A stretch of 24,000 bases of DNA from Terriglobia bacterium (lineage in GTDB: Bacteria > Acidobacteriota > Terriglobia > UBA7540), in NCBI GenBank assembly GCA_035934405.1, contig DASYXW010000053.1:59938-83937 (forward strand), read 5' to 3'. A model generated the notes under the pieces. That model did no database searches. It was not told where the DNA came from and worked only from the letters and a program-made list of their open reading frames with translations. Shown here one piece after another: positions 17,949 through 23,745 of the stretch. Position 1 is the first letter of the stretch. Every line of letters begins with the position of its first letter. The position numbers were made by a program, and so were the translations under genes.

Positions 17949-19310
17949 CACAGCATCTTTCGTGGCGTTTACGATAGCCGTGCTCGCGAAGGATGGCTCC
18001 TTTTTCAGGCGTAGGCGAGTCGCCGCCGCGGTCTGAGTAGTCACTGGCGCTGATTTAATGAGTGCTTCGGCGATCAATTCGACCAGATAGGTGTTTACAC
18101 CGTTGCCTAGTGCTTTGAAAGCCTGTGTTGGAACCGCTGGCAAATGCTTAAGTTCGTCCATACACTGCAGTCGAGCGCACTCCCGAACCGTCATATAGCG
18201 CCTTTCCCACGCTATGATCGGCACCTGCGTAGTCGTCATCGCGATTAGCGACGGCGCCGTCGTTGGTCGCTTCACGCGCACGCCGGACGCGCGGAATTGA
18301 ATGACGTATTTCCAGATATTCCGCTCCTCACCCTTGCAATTCCATTCGAATTTTTGAAGGCTGGGAGGGAACTGTACGATCTCCGGCAACCACCGGTCGA
18401 TCCATTCTTTGTTCTCGCAATAAAGGTTACGGTTCTGCCTTATGAACGTCCGCTTCCATGTTGGAAACCGCTTCTCTGGCGTGCGCGCGTGCGATGGAAG
18501 CGCGCCTAGGACCTTGTATCGAGCATAGCACTTGAGAGACTCGCCATGGGATCCGCGATATTTGAAGAGATCCCGGCGCGGCGTTGCCCACGGAGTCGTA
18601 TCCTCGTACGGATAGGTCGCGCCGAACTCCATCGACCAGATCGGAAACGAAGGCAACTCGATGTTGGCTGGGTATTTCTCGATGAACTTCTGCCATACGT
18701 CCAAACACTTCAGAACCGCAGGCGTCAGCCTTCTGGCATCCTTTGGATTATGGTCAAGCGCTGAGCTCAGATTTGGCTCCGCACCCTCCGGCGGCACCGG
18801 CCACCTGAAATTGCCCAAACCGTCACGGCTCCCCACGATGAACATTCGCTCGCGAATCTGCGGGATGCCAAATTGATGAGGCGACAGGTACGCGAATGCG
18901 ACCGCGTAACCCGCATTTTGGAATTGCCGCTCAAGATCCTCCCATGTCTCACCGCCGTTGTGCCGCTTGAGATTCGGGACGTTTTCCAAAAGGATGAAGC
19001 GCGGTTTACGCGCTCGCGCTATCCGTAGCATATGACCTAGAAGGTTGCCCCACTTCGGACACTCTACCCCCTGCTGCTCGCCAGCCTTCGAGAACGGTTG
19101 GCAGGGCGAGCCCGCACACAAAATGTCGTGATCCGGTACCTCGCAGATCGGCACCGAAAGAATGTCGCCCGCCGGGCGTATCCCGTAGTTTGCCTCGTAC
19201 AGTTCTCGCAGAGTCGTGTCAATCTCACTCGCGAAGACACAATTGTTGCCCAGGCGCTTCAGCGCAAGGTGAAATCCTCCGAGCCCAGCAAACAAGTCTA
19301 TGAAGCGCAT
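17931..19310 (-). CDS. dcm: DNA (cytosine-5)-methyltransferase
   Basis: 459 aa. Motif I DLFAGLGGF, motif IV GSPCQPFS, motif VI LLENVPNL, motif VIII QIRERMFIVG, motif X ALGNGVN. A long variable region lies between VIII and X. Confidence 0.9.
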   Translation of the reverse strand: MRFIDLFAGLGGFHLALKRLGNNCVFASEIDTTLRELYEANYGIRPAGDILSVPICEVPDHDILCAGSPCQPFSKAGEQQGVECPKWGNLLGHMLRIARARKPRFILLENVPNLKRHNGGETWEDLERQFQNAGYAVAFAYLSPHQFGIPQIRERMFIVGSRDGLGNFRWPVPPEGAEPNLSSALDHNPKDARRLTPAVLKCLDVWQKFIEKYPANIELPSFPIWSMEFGATYPYEDTTPWATPRRDLFKYRGSHGESLKCYARYKVLGALPSHARTPEKRFPTWKRTFIRQNRNLYCENKEWIDRWLPEIVQFPPSLQKFEWNCKGEERNIWKYVIQFRASGVRVKRPTTAPSLIAMTTTQVPIIAWERRYMTVRECARLQCMDELKHLPAVPTQAFKALGNGVNTYLVELIAEALIKSAPVTTQTAAATRLRLKKEPSFASTAIVNATKDAVSLVEW

Positions 19311-19762
19311 CGCCTGCTGTTCCGCCGACGCAACAGGACGTTCTCGACTTGGGTCGCCGCACGCTCCGGGTCCGCTTTAATGTCACCTTCCCAAAGCCGC
19401 ATCACGCACCAGTGCTGTTTTTTTAGCAGGCGGGTCGTCTGGCGGTCCCGCAGCATATTCGCTCGAATCTTCCTCCGCCAATAGCCCGCGTTCGCCCCCT
19501 TTTGGAGGTGCTTCGAGAGCCGATGCCAACGCCGGCCATGCCAGAAATCCCCGTCACAAAAAACAGCCACCCGCCCCCTCGCGAAAACAACGTCCGGCTT
19601 GCCGGGAAGCCCGGCCAGATTCTTGCGAAATCGCAGTCCGCGCCGCCACAGCGCGCTTCGAAGAAGCCTCTCGTGCATGGTGTCGGCGCTGCGGTTCATC
19701 CGCTTTGCCAACGATGCGGCCTGCGAGGTCGCCTTCAGTCCGATGTATGAAGGGGTCTTCAT
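19298..19762 (-). CDS. vsr: very short patch repair endonuclease
   Basis: LPGKPDVVF...AVFCDGDFWHG...W..K signature. The ORF track begins at GTG 19780. I prefer ATG 19762, which is preceded by AAGGGA. The 3' end overlaps the dcm start by 13 nt. Confidence 0.85.
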   Translation of the reverse strand: MKTPSYIGLKATSQAASLAKRMNRSADTMHERLLRSALWRRGLRFRKNLAGLPGKPDVVFARGRVAVFCDGDFWHGRRWHRLSKHLQKGANAGYWRRKIRANMLRDRQTTRLLKKQHWCVMRLWEGDIKADPERAATQVENVLLRRRNSRRCAS

Positions 19763-19865
19763 CACGGAATCCCTTTTCACAGCCTGACCGGGGGTCAGTA
19801 TACGCCTGGGGAGTAGCGCTCGTCGAGATGGCAGATACTTGACCCTGCTGGCACCGAGCGCCGAT

Positions 19866-20120
19866 CGCGCCCTGAACTACCTCGCGGTGCGCTATCACGC
19901 CATCTATGCCAACGCCGCCGAAGCCTTTGCGCGCAATGCGTCGCTGACCGGCGTGTATGTGGTTCCGTCGTCTTTGAGCGGCACGCGCAAGGTGGCCGAT
20001 GTGATTTTCTCTTACACCAACCGCTCGACCGATGTGGTGGAGAAGTTTTTTACGCGCGTGGACGTGACCGAGGAGTTTCCATTCCTGGTCACGAAGCTGT
20101 CGCCGTACTACGACCGTTAA
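19866..20120 (+). pseudogene. 5'-truncated paralogous copy of the last 84 codons of the PatG-DUF-like gene (22541-23470)
   Basis: 255 nt align without gaps to 23216-23470 with 13 differences by my count. The encoded 84 aa are identical. An in-frame stop lies at 19815-19817, and weaker similarity extends back to about 19820. Confidence 0.7.
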
Positions 20121-20148
20121 ACTACGGAAGTGGCAGGAGGTCATTCCA

Positions 20149-20343
20149 ATGCGTTTAGCCGAATTCACCGCCGACGCTTCGCTCTCTGAGGGCAGCGAGG
20201 AGTATGCCATGAGGGCGTCACCTGCCTCGACGGCCGGGGCTACGGGTTTGGTGTTGCCGGCCATCGAACATTGCTGGGGTAGGTTATGCGTATGGTGCGC
20301 CTGGAATCATGGTCGTGACTGCGGGATCAAATGGAAGTTTTAA
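20149..20343 (+). CDS. precursor-like small peptide (64 aa), third member of the family at 23505/23746
   Basis: GGAGG SD 8 nt upstream. MRLAEFTADASLSEGSEEY shares F6, A8, D/E9, L12 and Y19 with the other two peptides. LVLPA hinge, then the tail IEHCWGRLCVWCAWNHGRDCGIKWKF (4 Cys, 4 Trp). Confidence 0.55.
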   Translation: MRLAEFTADASLSEGSEEYAMRASPASTAGATGLVLPAIEHCWGRLCVWCAWNHGRDCGIKWKF

Positions 20344-20356
20344 GGTCGCGGGTGGC

Positions 20357-20384
20357 GCAGACATGCGCCTTTCAGCATGTCTGC
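20357..20384 (+). terminator. perfect 10-bp stem / 8-nt loop hairpin after the peptide ORF
   Basis: GCAGACATGC-gcctttca-GCATGTCTGC, 14 nt after the TAA. No U-tract follows. Confidence 0.3.
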
Positions 20385-20396
20385 GGTTGAAACCTC

Positions 20397-20494
20397 TGAT
20401 TATCGGCGCCACGGCCTCGAAGTGCAGCGCGCAGTCGTTTGTGTTCGACGGCGTGAATGCTTATGCCGTCTCCGCCGGCCTCGCCAACATGTAG
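20397..20494 (+). pseudogene. remnant of the 3' end of a tail-fibre-like paralog
   Basis: Colinear and ungapped with 15513-15610. LIIGATASKCSAQSFVFDGVNAYAVSAGLANM* matches MIIGATASKCSAQPFIFDGISAYALSPGLSNQ*. No upstream gene body is present. Confidence 0.65.
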
Positions 20495-20527
20495 GGATCA
20501 GGGGTCGGGGGTCAGGGGGCCAGGGGT
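20495..20527 (+). repeat. G-tract run directly after the remnant stop codon
   Basis: GGATCAGGGGTCGGGGGTCAGGGGGCCAGGGGT, with five G3+ runs. Confidence 0.65.
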
Positions 20528-20645
20528 TAACCCAAACCCTTGGTAGTGAGTGTTTGCCTTTGTAGCGGCGAGTTTATCTCGGTCGCCGCGGCGACCGGCA
20601 TAAAGCCGCCTCTACGCGAAACTGACCCACCACCAAACCCTGCGG

Positions 20646-21011
20646 TTGAGAGACGCTTGCTACGGAGCTGACGGCGGTGCTAGCCTTCATGCGCCAGTGC
20701 ATTTTCTCACCGATTTCGAGGGCCGACCCATTCGCCTCACCGACGAGCGCTGGCGCCATATTTGTGAACACCCAGAAATGGGTGACATGCGGGATTCCTT
20801 GGATGAAACCCTGCGACTGCCGGATGTTGTTGTCGAGTCCGTCGGCGATCCAGACGCGTGGCTTTACTACCGCTTCTACCATCGAACGCTTGTCGGAGGA
20901 AAGTACCTGGGTGTAGTGGTAAAATTCCCGAAGGCTGATGCGTTTGTGGTGACTGCTTATGTCACCGACCGGGTGAAGAAAGGCAACGTCCTATGGCCGA
21001 GAGAATCGTGA
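20646..21011 (+). CDS. small toxin-like protein (DUF4258-like by memory)
   Basis: IRLTDERWRHICEHPEM...LPDVVVES..DP...YYRFY...GKYLGVVVKF...AFVVTAYVT pattern. The start is uncertain (TTG 20646 or GTG 20697). It overlaps the next gene by 19 nt. Confidence 0.5.
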   Translation: MRDACYGADGGASLHAPVHFLTDFEGRPIRLTDERWRHICEHPEMGDMRDSLDETLRLPDVVVESVGDPDAWLYYRFYHRTLVGGKYLGVVVKFPKADAFVVTAYVTDRVKKGNVLWPRES

Positions 21012-21196
21012 AGATGTGGTTCGATCCCGAAGCCGACTTTCTCGAAGTCACCTTCGAGCAAAAGCCGGGATATTTCCGCGAGACCGAGAACGACCTCGTG
21101 ATGGAAAAGGTTGACACCCAGGGGAACGTGATCGGATTTTCCGTGCTGCGCGTCAGCTCCTTGAAAAAGACTCCGCTCGAAGTTGCGCTCCGGTAA
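20993..21196 (+). CDS. DUF2283-family small protein (antitoxin-like partner)
   Basis: 67 aa. WFDPEADFLEVTF....G........V.EKVDTQGNVIGFSVL matches the YD.EAD.LYI......vD.d..G.vvGiEiL pattern of DUF2283. Confidence 0.6.
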   Translation: MAERIVKMWFDPEADFLEVTFEQKPGYFRETENDLVMEKVDTQGNVIGFSVLRVSSLKKTPLEVALR

Positions 21197-21354
21197 AAGC
21201 CTCGGCGTGGGGCTGTGCGGCGCCGGGCCGTGTCGAGTTGACGATAAATGGACGTGTATCTCTGTTGACTCTTGACTTCCTTCGCCGGCAGAGTTAGCTT
21301 TCCCGACGCAGTTAATAATTCCCTGGGCAAGAATCCGCTGGCGCAGGTGCAACT

Positions 21355-22251
21355 GTGAGCCCTCTGGATCTGGTCCACCTCTCACCCTTGATGGAGCGCA
21401 CGCAGGGTCGCGCTGAGCTCATCGTCGCTTTGATTGATGGGCCTGTGGCGCTCGACCATCCTGACCTCGCCGGCGCGACTGTCCGTCATGTTGGCGGCGA
21501 ACTTCCTGGAAAACTGAAAGGAGCCTGTAGCCTGGCCCAGAGCGTGGCGTGCACGCACGGCACGTTTGTGGCCGGCGTACTTTTTGCGCGGCGGGGTTCC
21601 GAGGCGCCGGCCATTTGTCCGGCGTGCACGCTGTTGCTGCGGCCAATCTTCGCGGAAACGGCGAGCAAGAACGGAGACATGCCGAGCGCGACTCCGGTAG
21701 AACTGGCCCAAGCCATTATCGAAAGCGTTGATGCGGGCGCGCGCGTCATCAACTTGAGTTCCGCCCTGGTTCAACCTTCACTGAAAGGTGAAAGAGAGAT
21801 GGAGGAGGCGCTCAACCACGCAGCGCAGCGCGGCGCCATCACGGTGGCGGCGGCGGGCAATCAGGGAACGGTGGGAAGTTCCATCATCACGCGCCATTCC
21901 TGGGTGATTCCGGTGGCCGCCTGCAATCCTCAGGGCAAACCGCTCCGCGAATCGAATCTCGGAAGCTCGATCGGCCGGCGGGGACTGAGCGCGCCGGGGG
22001 AGAACGTTACCAGCCTCGGAACCAACGGCAAGCCGCAGACTTTTGGCGGCACCAGCGCGGCGGCGCCTTTTGTGACCGGCGCGATTGCGCTCCTCTGGTC
22101 GGAGTTTCCAGGCGCCAGCGCAGGCGAGATTAAACTGGCCGTGACGCAAGCCGGTATACCACGGCGGCCCACCGTCGCTCCGCCCGTGCTCGACGCCTGG
22201 GCCGCTTATCAGGTGATGGCCTCCGCCCATAACGGGAGAAGAGTGGCATGA
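21355..22251 (+). CDS. S8 family subtilisin-like serine protease, PatA/PatG-like branch
   Basis: 298 aa, GTG start. Catalytic elements appear in canonical order: Asp in LIVALIDGPVALDHPDL, His in ACTHGTFVAGVL, Asn in AAAGNQG, Ser in GGTSAAAPFVTGAIALLW. No signal peptide. Confidence 0.85.
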   Translation: MSPLDLVHLSPLMERTQGRAELIVALIDGPVALDHPDLAGATVRHVGGELPGKLKGACSLAQSVACTHGTFVAGVLFARRGSEAPAICPACTLLLRPIFAETASKNGDMPSATPVELAQAIIESVDAGARVINLSSALVQPSLKGEREMEEALNHAAQRGAITVAAAGNQGTVGSSIITRHSWVIPVAACNPQGKPLRESNLGSSIGRRGLSAPGENVTSLGTNGKPQTFGGTSAAAPFVTGAIALLWSEFPGASAGEIKLAVTQAGIPRRPTVAPPVLDAWAAYQVMASAHNGRRVA

Positions 22252-22454
22252 GCAGAAAAGAAAGCAGCAAGAATCACGGCGGCGAACCCGAGCATCAGCC
22301 GCACCGCGTTCGTCTTCCGGGGTTCCTCATCGAGGAGGAAATCGGACTCGGAGATACCGTCAAGAAAATAACCTACGCCATGGGATTCAAGCCGTGCGGC
22401 GGATGTGAGAAGCGCGCCGCGGCGCTCAACCGGTGGATGAGTTTTACGCGATAG
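22248..22454 (+). CDS. small CxxC protein (68 aa)
   Basis: ATGA overlap with the protease stop. The GLGDTVKKITYAMGFKPCGGCEKRAAALNRW motif is one I recall as a widespread small domain of unknown function. It also carries RLPGFLIEEE. Confidence 0.6.
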   Translation: MSRKESSKNHGGEPEHQPHRVRLPGFLIEEEIGLGDTVKKITYAMGFKPCGGCEKRAAALNRWMSFTR

Positions 22455-22540
22455 CCTGGCTGTAGCGCCGCTCTATGAGCGGCGAAGGACGCCGGTCGCA
22501 GACCGGCGTTACAAATCAATCCTTTAGGAGGCGAAATCAC

Positions 22541-23470
22541 ATGGAGCAACAGGAAGCGAACGAGCAATTGGCAACTGCATCTGTCAGCGGGAATGACGCC
22601 GCGGCGATAGCGGCCTCTGCCGCGAGGCCGGCGGCATCGCTGGCGCCGCAGGCGTGTCCGACTTGCGGCACGGCGCCGGCAGCGAATGGCGGAGCCGCCG
22701 CGCCCAGCTACGTCTATGCCATCGGCAGAATTGAACCCCGCTTCCCGCGGCCGTCGGTGGAAAAGGAATTCGCCCAGGCCGTGGGGCGGGACAAGACTTC
22801 CGGCCTTACCGACCGCCAGGCGCTGCATGCGGTGCTTTCGAAGCCCGAAAATCGTTATCTCGTGCGGCACTTGTGCTGGGTGATGACGATTGAGGGCCTC
22901 GAAACCTACATCCTGGTCCCGCGTGACCCGGCGGATTTCAATCTTCTGGTCGAAGCGCTCCGTCCTACGCCGCAACCCTGGGACCTGGATTGCGTCATCG
23001 GGTTTCGCGGACCCATCGCCGGGCCGGAAGTGTGCAACGGGCTGATGGTGCCGATTGTGGCGTTTGACCAAATCTATTCCTTCGACCGCGATTCGCTGAT
23101 CAAAGCCATTCCCAAACCCGAGAAGACCACGGCCAAGGACTTTGCTCCGGCGGCGGAGGAACTGTTCGACCGCATCATGCAGATGACGGATAACGCCGGC
23201 GCGACCGATGAGAACCGCGCTTTGAATTACCTGGCGGTGCGCTATCACGCCATCTATGCCAACGCCGCCGAAGCCTTTGCGCGCAATGCCTCGCTGACCG
23301 GCGTGTATGTGGTCCCGTCGTCTTTGAGCGGCACGCGCAAGGTGGCCGATGTGATTTTCTCTTACACCAACCGCTCGACCGATGTGGTGGAGAAGTTCTT
23401 TACGCGCGTCGATGTGACCGAGGAGTTTCCGTTCCTGGTGACGAAGCTGTCGCCGTACTACGACCGCTGA
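22541..23470 (+). CDS. free-standing protein resembling the PatA/PatG C-terminal domain of unknown function
   Basis: The ORF track starts at 22475. I prefer ATG 22541, which has AGGAGG at 22526-22531. It contains CPTCG followed by SYVYAIGRIEPRFPRPSVEKEFAQAVG, which resembles from memory the YVYALG..GYDFG.EARRD opening of the PatG C-terminal domain. Confidence 0.7.
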   Translation: MEQQEANEQLATASVSGNDAAAIAASAARPAASLAPQACPTCGTAPAANGGAAAPSYVYAIGRIEPRFPRPSVEKEFAQAVGRDKTSGLTDRQALHAVLSKPENRYLVRHLCWVMTIEGLETYILVPRDPADFNLLVEALRPTPQPWDLDCVIGFRGPIAGPEVCNGLMVPIVAFDQIYSFDRDSLIKAIPKPEKTTAKDFAPAAEELFDRIMQMTDNAGATDENRALNYLAVRYHAIYANAAEAFARNASLTGVYVVPSSLSGTRKVADVIFSYTNRSTDVVEKFFTRVDVTEEFPFLVTKLSPYYDR

Positions 23471-23504
23471 AATTCGAGGAATATGGGATCAAAGGAGGTC
23501 ACAC

Positions 23505-23705
23505 ATGAGTCTCCCAGGGTTTGTTGCTGATGTTTCGCTAGCTGGCTCGCGGAGTCCTTATCAGGCGGGCGCAGAGCATGACAATTTGGCTGCCGGCGCA
23601 AAGGTTGTGCCCCAACTTTTCTATATCTCCGTAGGCCCAGGCCGCTGCGCTGTGGGCGAGTATGCCGGTGGCGCGTGCTGGTTCTACGGGATCGTGAGCT
23701 GCTAG
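23505..23705 (+). CDS. precursor-like small peptide (66 aa)
   Basis: AAGGAGG SD. MSLPGFVADVSLAGSRSPY leader-like motif and VVPQ hinge. Tail LFYISVGPGRCAVGEYAGGACWFYGIVSC (3 Cys). Confidence 0.6.
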   Translation: MSLPGFVADVSLAGSRSPYQAGAEHDNLAAGAKVVPQLFYISVGPGRCAVGEYAGGACWFYGIVSC

Positions 23706-23745
23706 ATGATTTTGAAAGCACACATCAGACGTAAAGGAGAAAAAG

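Noticed and set aside
19554-20264. A 236-aa minus-strand ORF spanning the vsr 5' half and the duplicated fragment.
   Set aside because: It overlaps vsr in another frame. It also crosses a junction between unrelated sequence blocks, and no motif is recognisable.
21238-21300. TTGACG / TTGACT / TTGACT hexamers upstream of the protease gene considered as promoters.
   Set aside because: None pairs with an acceptable -10 at 16-18 nt (the best is TAGCTT). This is too weak to annotate.
22373-23248. A 291-aa minus-strand ORF antisense to the PatG-DUF-like gene. Also the 130/150-aa ORFs antisense to the protease (21382-21774, 21778-22230).
   Set aside because: Arg-rich nonsense composition. The sense frames have catalytic or family motifs, SD sequences and coupled starts.
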